A stretch of 64,000 nucleotides of DNA from an uncultured delta proteobacterium (GTDB lineage Bacteria; Desulfobacterota; BSN033; UBA1163), in NCBI GenBank assembly GCA_963827685.1, contig CAWHBU010000003.1:32001-96000 (forward strand), written 5' to 3'. Positions 48,441 to 58,622 of the stretch are shown in pieces. A program made the position numbers and the translations under genes. The notes beneath the pieces were generated by a model. The model worked only from the letters and a program-made list of their open reading frames with translations. It had not been told where the DNA came from and made no database searches. How positions within the stretch are numbered: the first letter of the stretch is position 1; each line of letters begins with the position of its first letter.

Positions 48441-51400
48441 ATGGAAGCGGCGATAAAAATAGAAGAGAACAAAAAGCAGCAGCCCATCGGGGCGGTCATG
48501 GTGGTTGGAGGCGGGATCGGTGGAATGCAAGCCTCTTTGGACCTGGCGGAGTCTGGGTTTTATGTCTACATGGTAGATAATTCCCCAACGATCGGTGGGG
48601 TGATGGCCCAACTCGACAAGACCTTTCCGACCAATGACTGTTCGATGTGTATCATGTCTCCGAAATTAGTGGAGTGCGGGCGACACTTGAATATCCGCAT
48701 CATTGCTAATGCAGAAGTAGATGGTGTGGCAGGCGAACCAGGCCGATTCACAGTGACCCTCACTCGAAAACCGAGATATATCCATTTCGACCGATGTACA
48801 GGTTGCGGCGAATGTGCCAAACACTGCCCGGTGACTGCGATCGATACTTATAATGAAAGAATGAGCAGAAGAGCGGCCATTTATATCAAATATCCTCAGG
48901 CTATCCCCAAGGTCTTTCTCATCGACAGAGAAAAGTGTATTGGGTGCGGGTTATGTGAGAGGGTATGTCTCGCCAAGGCGGTTAATTACGGGGACTCTCA
49001 GACCGAGGAGAAGATCGAGGTGGGTTCGATCATCCTGGCACCAGGCTATGAGGTTTTCGATGCGCATCTTCGACAGGAATTCGGTTATGGGGTCAATCCC
49101 AACGTCGTCTCAAGTATTGAGTTCGAAAGGCTGTTGAGTGCAACAGGACCACACCGTGGCCACCTCCTCCGACCCTCAGATGGAACTGTTCCAGAGAGGA
49201 TCGCCTTCATCCAGTGTGTTGGTTCCCGGGATTCTAATTGTGGAAACGATTACTGCTCTTCTATCTGCTGCATGTACGCAATGAAAGAAGCCATCATCGC
49301 CAAAGAGCATGTGCACTTCGTCAAGCCCACCATCTTCTATATGGATGTCAGGGCCTATGGTAAAGGATTCGATGCCTATTATGAAAGAGCGAAGTCCGAA
49401 TACGGTGTTCGGTTCATCAAGTGCATGGTCTCCAAAGTAAGGGAGCAGCTTAAGACAAAGAATCTCCTGATAACCTATTTGAACGAGGAAGGAAATTTTG
49501 TGGAGGAGGAGTTCGAACTCGTCGTCCTCTCTGTAGGAATGGTTCCTTCTAAAGGGGCCATAGAGATGGCCAAGAGGGTGGGTGTGGAACTGGATAGCTA
49601 CGGATGGTGTAAGACGAGACCTTTTGCGCCCACCTCTACCTCAAAACCAGGCATTTATGTGTGCGGAGCCTTTCAAGGACCGAAAGACATCCCCGAAACT
49701 GTTTCTCAGGCAAGCGGTGCTGTGGCCGATGCGACGGCGATGATCGCTCAATCGAGGGGAACCATCGCCGCCAAGAAAGAATATCCTATTGAATTGGATG
49801 TGGCTTCAGAGGAACCTCGCATTGGGGTCTTCGTCTGCCATTGTGGGATCAATATTGGAGGAGTGATCAATGTGCCGGGTGTAAAAGAGTACGCCCGCAC
49901 ATTGAAAAATGTCGTCTACGTTGATGAAAATCTTTATACCTGCTCCACAGACACTCAAGAGAAGATTAAGAACGCGATCAAGGAGCACCATCTGAACCGT
50001 GTGATCGTCGCCTCCTGCTCTCCGAGAACCCATGAACCGATGTTTCGAGAGACGCTTCGGGATGCAGGATTGAATAAATATCTTTTCGAGATGGCCAATA
50101 TTCGTGACCAGTGCTCCTGGGTCCACATGCGTCAGAAGGAAGCTGCCACCTACAAGGCCAAAGACCTTGTCCGGATGGCTGTGGCCAACGCCCGGCTGAT
50201 TCGTCCCCTTGGTGAACTGACTGTGTCAGTGGTCCAGAAAGGACTGGTCATCGGAGGAGGAGTGGCTGGGATGACCGCTGCCCTCAAAATCGCTGAACAG
50301 GGGTATGAGGTCTTCCTTCTCGAAAAGGAGGCTCAGCTTGGGGGAAATCTGAGAAACCTCCACTATACCCTCGAAGGTGAAGATGTCCAGGCTTTCTTGA
50401 AGGATCTGATTGCAAAGGTGACAAACCATCCTTCTGTCCATGTCATCACCAATGCACTGGTTGTCGATTTCAGCGGCTCTAAGGGGAATTTTTCCACAGG
50501 CGTGATGGTGGCACCCACTATGTACTATCGGAAGATTGAACATGGAATAACAATTATAGCCACGGGCGCCGAAGAATGGAAACCTACAGAATACCTACGC
50601 GGTCAAGATCCGCGAATTGTCACACAGCTCGAATTGGAAAATCGAATTGTAAATCAACCAGACGAAGTGGCTCGAGCCAATCAGGTAGTGATGATTCAAT
50701 GTGTGGGATCAAGAAATGAGGAGCGGCCTTACTGCAGCCGTACCTGTTGCGCCACAGCTATCAAGAATGCTCTTAAAATCAAGGCATTGAATCCCAATGC
50801 TGAGATCTCCATCCTTTATCGGGATATGCGAACTTATGGCCTCTTAGAATCATTCTATGCTAAGGCCCGCAATGAAGGGATTATGTTTGTCAAATACGAG
50901 CCCGAAGAGAAACCAGAGGTAAAAAAGGATGGACAAGATCTCTCCATCTCATTCATGGACAGAATTTTAAAGGAAAAGGTGGAGGTGAAACCTGATCTTC
51001 TGGTTTTGTCTTCGGCAACCATCCCAAGAGAGAATGAGGAATTGGCAACCATGCTGAAAGTCCCTCGAACGGCGGAAGGCTTCTTCCTTGAGGCCCATAT
51101 GAAGTTGAGGCCTGTCGATTTTGCCACGGACGGCCTCTACCTGGCAGGAGCAGGACATGGTCCAAAGCTGATCAGCGAAAGCATCTCCCAAGCGAGCGCA
51201 GCCGTGGCTCGGGCGTGCACTATTCTTTCAAAAGAAAAGATGTTGGTCGGCGGAGTGGTGGCAATAGTGGAGGGTGAGCGCTGCGCGGCTTGTTTGACCT
51301 GTGTGAGAGTCTGTCCTTATAGTGTGCCGGTGATCAATGCAAAGGGTGAGGCAGAGATTGACCTGGCAAAGTGCAAAGGATGTGGCAGTTGTGCGGCCGA

Positions 51401-51524
51401 GTGCCCGGCCAGAGCAATAGAGCTGATGCACTTCAGGGATCCTCAATTGTGGGCCAAGTGCGAAGCCCTTATCATGGACATAAGCGCAGAGCGCCTGCCT
51501 GCCGGTAGGCAGGGGGGGATTTGA
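48441..51524 (+). CDS. hdrA: tandem (double) HdrA-type protein
   Basis: LDKTFPTNDC, two FAD-binding GGG motifs, CSSICC, CSRTCC, C-terminal 2x[4Fe-4S]. Confidence 0.93.
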   Translation: MEAAIKIEENKKQQPIGAVMVVGGGIGGMQASLDLAESGFYVYMVDNSPTIGGVMAQLDKTFPTNDCSMCIMSPKLVECGRHLNIRIIANAEVDGVAGEPGRFTVTLTRKPRYIHFDRCTGCGECAKHCPVTAIDTYNERMSRRAAIYIKYPQAIPKVFLIDREKCIGCGLCERVCLAKAVNYGDSQTEEKIEVGSIILAPGYEVFDAHLRQEFGYGVNPNVVSSIEFERLLSATGPHRGHLLRPSDGTVPERIAFIQCVGSRDSNCGNDYCSSICCMYAMKEAIIAKEHVHFVKPTIFYMDVRAYGKGFDAYYERAKSEYGVRFIKCMVSKVREQLKTKNLLITYLNEEGNFVEEEFELVVLSVGMVPSKGAIEMAKRVGVELDSYGWCKTRPFAPTSTSKPGIYVCGAFQGPKDIPETVSQASGAVADATAMIAQSRGTIAAKKEYPIELDVASEEPRIGVFVCHCGINIGGVINVPGVKEYARTLKNVVYVDENLYTCSTDTQEKIKNAIKEHHLNRVIVASCSPRTHEPMFRETLRDAGLNKYLFEMANIRDQCSWVHMRQKEAATYKAKDLVRMAVANARLIRPLGELTVSVVQKGLVIGGGVAGMTAALKIAEQGYEVFLLEKEAQLGGNLRNLHYTLEGEDVQAFLKDLIAKVTNHPSVHVITNALVVDFSGSKGNFSTGVMVAPTMYYRKIEHGITIIATGAEEWKPTEYLRGQDPRIVTQLELENRIVNQPDEVARANQVVMIQCVGSRNEERPYCSRTCCATAIKNALKIKALNPNAEISILYRDMRTYGLLESFYAKARNEGIMFVKYEPEEKPEVKKDGQDLSISFMDRILKEKVEVKPDLLVLSSATIPRENEELATMLKVPRTAEGFFLEAHMKLRPVDFATDGLYLAGAGHGPKLISESISQASAAVARACTILSKEKMLVGGVVAIVEGERCAACLTCVRVCPYSVPVINAKGEAEIDLAKCKGCGSCAAECPARAIELMHFRDPQLWAKCEALIMDISAERLPAGRQGGI

Positions 51525-51544
51525 AGGTGGTGAGCGAGGAGACA

Positions 51545-52021
51545 ATGGAGGCAGTTCAGAAAGAATCACAAATCACGAGTTACGAATCACGAGTCACGCA
51601 GTTTGAGCCTGAAATATTGGCCCTTTGTTGTGAGCATTGAGCGTATAGTGCGGCGGACCTGGCAGGTTCGATGAGGCTCAACTACCCTACGAATGTGAAG
51701 ATAGTGAAGGTTCCCTGTACGGGAAGAGTAGATATCCTTCTGATTCTTCGTGCCTTTGAATCAGGGGTGGATGGGGTTTACTTGGCAGGATGTTTGGAAG
51801 GAGAGTGCCACTTCTTGAGAGGTAATCTCAGAGCCAAGAAGCGAGTCCAGTATGTGAAGGGTTTATTGGACGAGGTGGGATTAGGTAAGGATCGTATCGA
51901 GATGTACAACATGAGTTCGGCTCAGGGTCAGCGCTTTGCCGAGATAGCCCGTGAGATGACAGAAAAGATAAGGGTCTTGGGGCCATCACCGGCCAAGAAG
52001 AACGTGAAGCGTGAATCGTGA
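51545..52021 (+). CDS. mvhD: MvhD/FlpD selenoprotein (UGA at 51638..51640)
   Basis: FEPEILALCCEH-TGA-AYSAADLAG aligns with CNWCAYAGADLAG of the paralog; SD GAGGAG before ATG 51545; downstream hairpin CGGACCT-GGC-AGGTTCG. Confidence 0.9.
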
Positions 52022-52090
52022 TTGGTGAATCGTATAAAAAACCGAGTCACGAGTCACGAATCACCAATCACGTATTTTGGGAGGAAATCA

Positions 52091-52759
52091 ATGATCGTAG
52101 CGAACCGTAAGTCATTGGAAGAGATTCTGAATATGCTCAAACCCTACAAGAAGGTACTTCTATTGGGTTGTAATGAGTGTGTAACAGTGTGTGCTGCCGG
52201 AGGAGAAAGGGAGGCAGGAGTCCTGGCCTCGGAACTGAAGCTCTCCCGTGCTAAGGATGGCCAGGAGATCGAGATCCGGGAGCAGACCCTGGAGCGTCAG
52301 TGTGATCATGAATATATCGATCAGGTTCGACCTTTTGTGGGGGACTATGAAGTGATCCTTTCGATGGCCTGTGGGGCAGGGATTCAGTATGTGGCAGAGA
52401 AATATCGGACAAAAATTGTTCTTCCTGCAGTCAATACCACCTTTCTTGGGGTCACCTTGGAGCAGGGGGTATGGAGTGAGCGGTGTCAGGGGTGTGGGGA
52501 GTGTATCTTGCATCTGACCGGAGGGGTTTGTCCGATTTCCCGGTGTGCGAAGAGCTTGCTCAATGGGCCTTGTGGAGGGTCTTCGAATGGGAAGTGCGAG
52601 GTGGACAAGGATCTGGATTGTGGTTGGCAGTTGATCATAGATAGACTTAAGGAACTCAATCAGTTGGATCGTTATGAGGAGATCATCCCGGTCAAGGATT
52701 GGACGACCTCTCGAGATGGGGGGCCGCGCAAAAGGGTCAGGGAAGACTTGAGGCTTTAA
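52091..52759 (+). CDS. metV: MetV (copy 2)
   Basis: GCNECVTVC, ERQC, CQGCGEC, CPISRCAKSLLNGPCGG. Confidence 0.9.
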   Translation: MIVANRKSLEEILNMLKPYKKVLLLGCNECVTVCAAGGEREAGVLASELKLSRAKDGQEIEIREQTLERQCDHEYIDQVRPFVGDYEVILSMACGAGIQYVAEKYRTKIVLPAVNTTFLGVTLEQGVWSERCQGCGECILHLTGGVCPISRCAKSLLNGPCGGSSNGKCEVDKDLDCGWQLIIDRLKELNQLDRYEEIIPVKDWTTSRDGGPRKRVREDLRL

Positions 52760-52831
52760 AGAAAGGTTAAGGCCAAGGTTGAGGTTGAGGGAATTTTCTT
52801 AACCTCAGCCTAAACCTTATGATTTTTAGGA

Positions 52832-53764
52832 GTGGAGATGAAGACCAAGTCAAACATCGAGCGGATACTGGAGAGTGGTGGCTTTGTGGTGACCTCGGAG
52901 TGTGGGCCGCCGAGGGGAGCGGATGCGGAGGTGATCAGGAAGAAGGGGAATCTGCTCAAAGGGGTGGTGGATGCGGTCAACGTCACCGACAATCAGACCT
53001 CGGTGGTGAGAATGAGCTCCTTTTCTTCATGCATCATCCTCAAAGAGATGGGGTTTGATCCTATCTTGCAGATGGTCTGTCGGGATCGGAACCGGATAGC
53101 GATTCAGAGTGACATTCTGGGGGCAGCAGCCTTGGGGATCAATAACATCCTCTGTCTATCAGGAGATCATCAGAAATTCGGGGATCATCCGAGAGCAAAG
53201 AATGTCTTTGATATCGACTCCATCCAGTTGATTAATACTGTTAAGATCCTGAGAGATGACGGGAAGTTCTTGGGGGGTGAGGAAGTCAAGGGGAAGCCCA
53301 TACTCTTCATTGGGGCGGCAGAGAATCCCTTTGCCGATCCATTTGAGATACGGGCAGCGAGGCTGGGGAAGAAAGTGAAGGCAGGTTGTGAATTCATCCA
53401 GACCCAGTGTATCTACAACATGGAGAGATTTACCAAGTGGATGGAGATGGTGAGGGACAGAGGCCTTCACGAAAGGTGTGCGATCCTGGCCGGGGTAACC
53501 CCCTTCAAGTCGGTGGGGATGGCGAAGTATATGAAGAATTCGGTGCCAGGGATGGATGTGCCGGATGGGATGATCGAGAGGATGAAAGGGGTGCCCAAGG
53601 AGAAGCAGACTGAGGAGGGGATCAAGATTTGTGTGGAGACGATTCAGAAACTGAGGGAGATACCAGGGGTGCGAGGGATTCATATTATGGCGATAGAGTG
53701 GGAGGAGAAGGTAGCAGAGATTGCTAAAGCTGCAGGCTTACTGCCCAGACCACAAATGACGTGA
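52832..53764 (+). CDS. metF: methylene-THF reductase (copy 3)
   Basis: SECGPP, NVTDNQ, CRDRNRIAIQSD, LSGDH, IQTQC. Confidence 0.92.
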   Translation: MEMKTKSNIERILESGGFVVTSECGPPRGADAEVIRKKGNLLKGVVDAVNVTDNQTSVVRMSSFSSCIILKEMGFDPILQMVCRDRNRIAIQSDILGAAALGINNILCLSGDHQKFGDHPRAKNVFDIDSIQLINTVKILRDDGKFLGGEEVKGKPILFIGAAENPFADPFEIRAARLGKKVKAGCEFIQTQCIYNMERFTKWMEMVRDRGLHERCAILAGVTPFKSVGMAKYMKNSVPGMDVPDGMIERMKGVPKEKQTEEGIKICVETIQKLREIPGVRGIHIMAIEWEEKVAEIAKAAGLLPRPQMT

Positions 53765-53860
53765 AGGGTGAATCGTGTCGCGTGATTCCTTTATTATATA
53801 AGTAAAGGACGAATCACCAATCACCAGTCACGAATCACGAAAAAAAGGAGGGGGAGGAAG

Positions 53861-54244
53861 ATGGCAAAGAAAATTTTGATCGTTGATGATGATCCGGATT
53901 TGGTGGAAGCGGTAACCATGATCTTAGAGTCCAAGAATTACACGGTAGCGGCTGCTTATGGTGGAATTGAGGGTCTTCAGAAGGCCAAGAGCGAAAAACC
54001 GGATCTCATCGTCCTTGATGTGATGATGCCGGACAAGGATGGGTACGCCGTATGCAAGGAATTAAAAGCCGATCCCAAGCTGGGTAAGATCCCGATCCTT
54101 CTTCTGACGGCAGTGGTCTCCAAGATTTCTACGACCCGATACACGCAGCAGATGGGACTTGAAACCGAAGCGGACGATTACATTGATAAGCCCGTAGAAC
54201 CGGAAGTATTGGTGAAACGGATCGAAGCCCTGCTAGCCAAATAG
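53861..54244 (+). CDS. single-domain response regulator
   Basis: ILIVDDD, LDVMMP, KP. Confidence 0.95.
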   Translation: MAKKILIVDDDPDLVEAVTMILESKNYTVAAAYGGIEGLQKAKSEKPDLIVLDVMMPDKDGYAVCKELKADPKLGKIPILLLTAVVSKISTTRYTQQMGLETEADDYIDKPVEPEVLVKRIEALLAK

Positions 54245-54328
54245 CGGCGAGAGATCAGTAGCGTCGGCATTTATTGCCGACGGCTTTTGTTCGCCCTCAG
54301 TAAATGGGGGCGCTACAATGGGGTTTAA

Positions 54329-55831
54329 ATGCCAGACCAGGCAACCATCCTTGTCATTGACGATGAGCAAATCATGAGGGATGGCTGTTCACGCATCCTC
54401 TCAAAAGATGGATGGTCTGTTATCTGCGCTGAAAACGGGGGCCAGGGATTGGAGGAGATTAAGGGCCATCCGGAGAAGATGGACGTGATCCTCCTCGATC
54501 TGATGATGCCTGGCATGAGCGGAATGGAAGTGTTAGATCAGATTCGAATTTTCGATCCGAATCTTCTCGTGATCGTCATCACGGGTTATGCCACGGTGGA
54601 GTCAGCCGTGGAGGCAATGAAGAAGGGGGCCTACGATTTCATCCCCAAACCTTTCACGCCAGACCAACTCCGCATCGTCGTCAGAAGGGCGTTGGAGAGG
54701 AGAACCCTCCAGAAAGAAACGGAGTTTCTGCGACGAGAACGGGAGAAATCCCTTCGGGATATTGCCACCGAGAAGTCTAAGATCAAAACCATCATCAATT
54801 GCATGGGCGATGGTGTCTTGGTATGCGATCGGGACAGCTGCATTGTCCTCTCCAATCCAGCGGCCAGTCGGATGCTGAAGGCCCCAGAGACCTGCCTGCT
54901 TGGAAACTTTCTCAACCAGTGTAACCTCCCCCCTGAGTTGTCTAAGATCATGGAAGAAAGTCTTCAGGCAAAGGACATGAGCTATACTTCTGTTTCACAG
55001 GAATTGAGCGTCGGCGAATCTGGAGAAATCTTTCTCCGTGCCCATACGGCCCCTGTCCGAAATGATATTGGTGAGACGATGGGGTCTGTCACCGTGCTCC
55101 AGGACATCAGCCATCTCAAAGAACTCGATAAGATGAAATCAGAGTTTATCGCCATGGTCACCCACGAGCTTCGGGCCCCTATCGCTGCGGTCGAACAGCA
55201 GTTGACCGTCATCCTGAATAAAATGGCTGGTGAGTTAACGGAAAAACAGGAACAACTTCTTTCCCGTGCCAAACAGAGAACAAATGGTCTTCTCGACCTG
55301 ATCAAAGATCTCTTGGATCTTTCCAAAATCGAAGCGGGAAAGATGGTCCAATACAAAGAACCCCTTCTCCTTCAAGAAGTGATCCAAAGAGTGGTGGATT
55401 TGATGAGGGCCGAGGCTGAAAACAAAAAGATCGATCTCCAATTCTCCACCCCTCCCAAGGTTTCTTTAGTCAACGCAGATCGTAATAGTATGGAGGGAAT
55501 TTTCACCAATCTCATCTCCAATGCCATCAAATATACCCCTGAGGGAAGAAAGGTTTGGGTCAATCTCAGTGAAGAGGGTGGTTTTGTGAAGGCCACCGTC
55601 TCTGACACAGGCATTGGCATTAAAAAAGGAGATCTCCCCCGAATCTTTGATAAGTTTTACCGAGTGAAAACCACAGAGACTCGTCAGATCGTCGGGACTG
55701 GCCTCGGACTTTCTATTGTAAAGAGCATCGTGGATGCCCATCTCGGATCCATCTCCGTTGAAAGCGAGGAGGGAAATGGAACCACCTTCACCGTCCTCCT
55801 GCCCAAAGAGTCAAATCCCGCCCCTTGTTAA
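54329..55831 (+). CDS. hybrid receiver-PAS-histidine kinase
   Basis: N-terminal receiver; THELRAP, NAIKY, GTGLGL. Confidence 0.93.
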   Translation: MPDQATILVIDDEQIMRDGCSRILSKDGWSVICAENGGQGLEEIKGHPEKMDVILLDLMMPGMSGMEVLDQIRIFDPNLLVIVITGYATVESAVEAMKKGAYDFIPKPFTPDQLRIVVRRALERRTLQKETEFLRREREKSLRDIATEKSKIKTIINCMGDGVLVCDRDSCIVLSNPAASRMLKAPETCLLGNFLNQCNLPPELSKIMEESLQAKDMSYTSVSQELSVGESGEIFLRAHTAPVRNDIGETMGSVTVLQDISHLKELDKMKSEFIAMVTHELRAPIAAVEQQLTVILNKMAGELTEKQEQLLSRAKQRTNGLLDLIKDLLDLSKIEAGKMVQYKEPLLLQEVIQRVVDLMRAEAENKKIDLQFSTPPKVSLVNADRNSMEGIFTNLISNAIKYTPEGRKVWVNLSEEGGFVKATVSDTGIGIKKGDLPRIFDKFYRVKTTETRQIVGTGLGLSIVKSIVDAHLGSISVESEEGNGTTFTVLLPKESNPAPC

Positions 55832-56175
55832 GAAACCACTCTGGAGTCATAATCACCCCAGAACGTGTGAGAAATCTAGCTCTTCCGGGTTTCGTGCGGG
55901 TGGCATCTCTCTCTTGTCCCCCCTCTATTCCCCCCTTAAATTAAGGGGGGATGAAGGGGGGTTAAGGGGAGGGTAACCCACAAAAAACCCGGAATAACGA
56001 AAAATCTAAATCTTAACTCCCCCAATTTTTTCGCACCTTCTCAGTTATCCGTGGCGACCGACTCCCCCGTGATGCGGCGATCTCTTAGCCGGATGTAGAC
56101 GATTCGAGAAAAAAAGGTTAAAAGAACTCTTGTTTTTGGAGCCTGAATTCGTTATTTCAATCGGTAGGGGCAAAG

Positions 56176-56678
56176 ATGTGCAACGAAGAGGCAGAGCTTA
56201 AAGAAAAAACGAGAGCCATCTTGGAAGGCGTGGGAAGCAAAAGAGAGAATCTCATACCCATTCTGCAGAAAATCCAGGAAGAGCTGGGGTATCTTCCTCC
56301 CTATGCCATGATCGAGGTGGCCCGGTTTCTTAACATACCGGAGATTGATGTCTACAGCGTAGCGACCTTCTATAATCAATTTCGCCTCACCCCTCCTGGT
56401 AAACATTCTATAAGGGTTTGCATGGGAACCGCCTGTCATGTAAAGGGTGGCCACATCACTTTGGAAGCGTGGCAAAGAAGATTGAAAATAGGACCGGGCG
56501 AAACTTCCCCTGACCGCGAGTTTGACCTCGATACAGTCGCCGTGTGGGCTGCTGTGCCATGGCACCCGTGACCGTTGTGGATAAAAAAGTGGAGGCCCAC
56601 GCTAACCCCACGAGGGTAGATGGAATCCTCCTCTCCTATCATCTCCAAAAAGAGCAAGAAGAAAAGGAAAATAATTGA
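56176..56678 (+). CDS. NuoE/HydC-like 2Fe-2S subunit, apparent 1-bp frameshift near 56541
   Basis: VATFY, CMGTAC; restoring one T gives VACVGCCAMAPV and an ORF ending at TGA 56676..56678, overlapping the next start. Confidence 0.88.
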
Positions 56679-58558
56679 AATTCGAGGAAATAAGAAAGCA
56701 GGCGCAATCCCGCTGGCAGGAAATCTGGAATGACCAAATGCCGGTGATTCTGGTTGGGACGGCCACTTGCGGGAGAGCGGCTGGCGCACTCGAAGTCCTT
56801 CAGGCAATAAAAGAAACCGTGAAGAAACAGAATCTCAATTGCCTCATCTACGAAGTGGGCTGCATGGGACACTGCTATGCTGAGCCTCTGGTCATACTTC
56901 GAAAACCGGGATTTCCTTCCATCTGCTATGGCCACGTCAGTCCGGTATTAGCTGAGAACTTGGTTACCAACCTTATCTTAAATGATGACCCATCCCTTGA
57001 ATTTGTTCTCGGTGCTCTCGAAGAGAATGACCTCGTCCCCAGTTTTTCTGATTTTCCACGGTCAAAATATGAAAAGCGAATCCTCTTAAAAAATTGCGGA
57101 CATATCAACCCGGAAGAGATAGAGCACTATATTGCGAATGGGGGATATCAAAGTCTGTCAAAAGCTCTCCAGATGAAACCAGTGGAAATTGTATCGGAGG
57201 TCAAGCGGTCTAAGTTGCGCGGTCTGGGAGGTGCAGGTTTCCCGACCGGAGAGAAGTGGGATGTCTGCCGTCACTCGGAGGGGAACCCAAAGTATCTGAT
57301 CTGTAATGGCGATGAAGGCGACCCCGGGGCTTTCATGGATCGAGCGATCTTGGAAAGTGACCCTCATTCCGTAATCGAGGGAATGGTCATTGCAGGCTAT
57401 GCCATCGGGGCCCGCCACGGTTATATCTACGTTAGAGCTGAATATCCTCTGGCTGTACAAAGAGTTCAGAGTGCCTTGCTCCAGGCAGAAAAATACAAAT
57501 TTTTGGGAGAAAATATTCTTGGGAGTGACTTCAGCTTTGACATCAAACTCTTTCAAGGTTCAGGTGCTTTTGTCTGCGGTGAGGCAACGGCGCTGATTGC
57601 CTCCATAGAGGGAAAACCCGGAATGCCCCGCCATCGGCCGCCACGCGTGGCTGTCCAAGGTCTTTTCGGAAAACCAACGATCCTCAATAATGTGAAAACC
57701 CTTGCTTACGTTCCTCATATCATCAAAAATGGGGCAGATTGGTTTTTACAAACGGGCACCGAGAGAAGTAAGGGCACAGCCGTCTTCGCCCTTGCAGGGA
57801 AAGTCGTCAACACAGGTTTGGTAGAAGTTCCAATGGGCACTACACTTCGCCAGCTCATCTTCCAGGTGGGCGGCGGCATTACCAAAGGCAAACGCTTCAA
57901 GGCCGTTCAAATTGGCGGTCCATCCGGCGGATGCCTTCCTGAGTCGGCGCTCGATCTCCCCATCGATTTCGATTCATTACAGGAGAGCGGAGCGATGATG
58001 GGCTCCGGTGGAATGGTCGTTCTCGATGAGGACGACTGCATGGTTGAAGTCGCCCGCTATTTTCTCGACTTTACCCAAAAAGAATCCTGCGGAAAGTGCA
58101 CCCTCTGTCGTCTGGGAACAAAGCAGATGCTCGACATTCTCGAGGACATCACCAAAGGCCATGGGAAAATGGAAGATCTTGAGACACTCGAGGAATTGGC
58201 AGAGGACATAAAGCAAGGATCACTCTGTGGCCTGGGCAGAACCGCACCCAATCCGGTGCTCACTACCCTGCGATATTTCCGGGAGGAATATGAGGTTCAC
58301 ATTAAAGAGGGACGCTGTCCGGCATTGATGTGTCAGACCCTTATCGCATACTACATCCTCCCTGAGAAGTGTGCACGCGGGTGCGATGCCTGTGTGGGTA
58401 CCTGTACCGTTGAAGCTATCTCTACTGACAAGAAGAGGAGAATCAAGGTCATTGACCAGGAAAAATGCGTCAAGTGCAATACATGCCTTGCTGCATGTCC
58501 TCCTCAATACGATGCCGTCATCAAATTGTCGCCACCCAACCGAGTACCAAGGGGCTGA
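56675..58558 (+). CDS. NuoF/HydB-like FMN/NAD(P)H-binding subunit (long form)
   Basis: N-terminal TCG..GCMGHC; RGLGGAGFPTG; DEGDPGAFMDR; ESCGKCTLCR; C-terminal 2x[4Fe-4S]. Confidence 0.93.
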   Translation: MKFEEIRKQAQSRWQEIWNDQMPVILVGTATCGRAAGALEVLQAIKETVKKQNLNCLIYEVGCMGHCYAEPLVILRKPGFPSICYGHVSPVLAENLVTNLILNDDPSLEFVLGALEENDLVPSFSDFPRSKYEKRILLKNCGHINPEEIEHYIANGGYQSLSKALQMKPVEIVSEVKRSKLRGLGGAGFPTGEKWDVCRHSEGNPKYLICNGDEGDPGAFMDRAILESDPHSVIEGMVIAGYAIGARHGYIYVRAEYPLAVQRVQSALLQAEKYKFLGENILGSDFSFDIKLFQGSGAFVCGEATALIASIEGKPGMPRHRPPRVAVQGLFGKPTILNNVKTLAYVPHIIKNGADWFLQTGTERSKGTAVFALAGKVVNTGLVEVPMGTTLRQLIFQVGGGITKGKRFKAVQIGGPSGGCLPESALDLPIDFDSLQESGAMMGSGGMVVLDEDDCMVEVARYFLDFTQKESCGKCTLCRLGTKQMLDILEDITKGHGKMEDLETLEELAEDIKQGSLCGLGRTAPNPVLTTLRYFREEYEVHIKEGRCPALMCQTLIAYYILPEKCARGCDACVGTCTVEAISTDKKRRIKVIDQEKCVKCNTCLAACPPQYDAVIKLSPPNRVPRG

Positions 58559-58622
58559 GGTCAAGGCTAAGGTTAAGCGAAATCTCAACCTTAACCTAAA
58601 CCTTAACCTTTAACGTAAAATT

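Noticed and set aside
29387-53839. Heptamer arrays as CRISPR repeats
   Set aside because: No constant 23-47 nt repeat with unique spacers and no cas genes.
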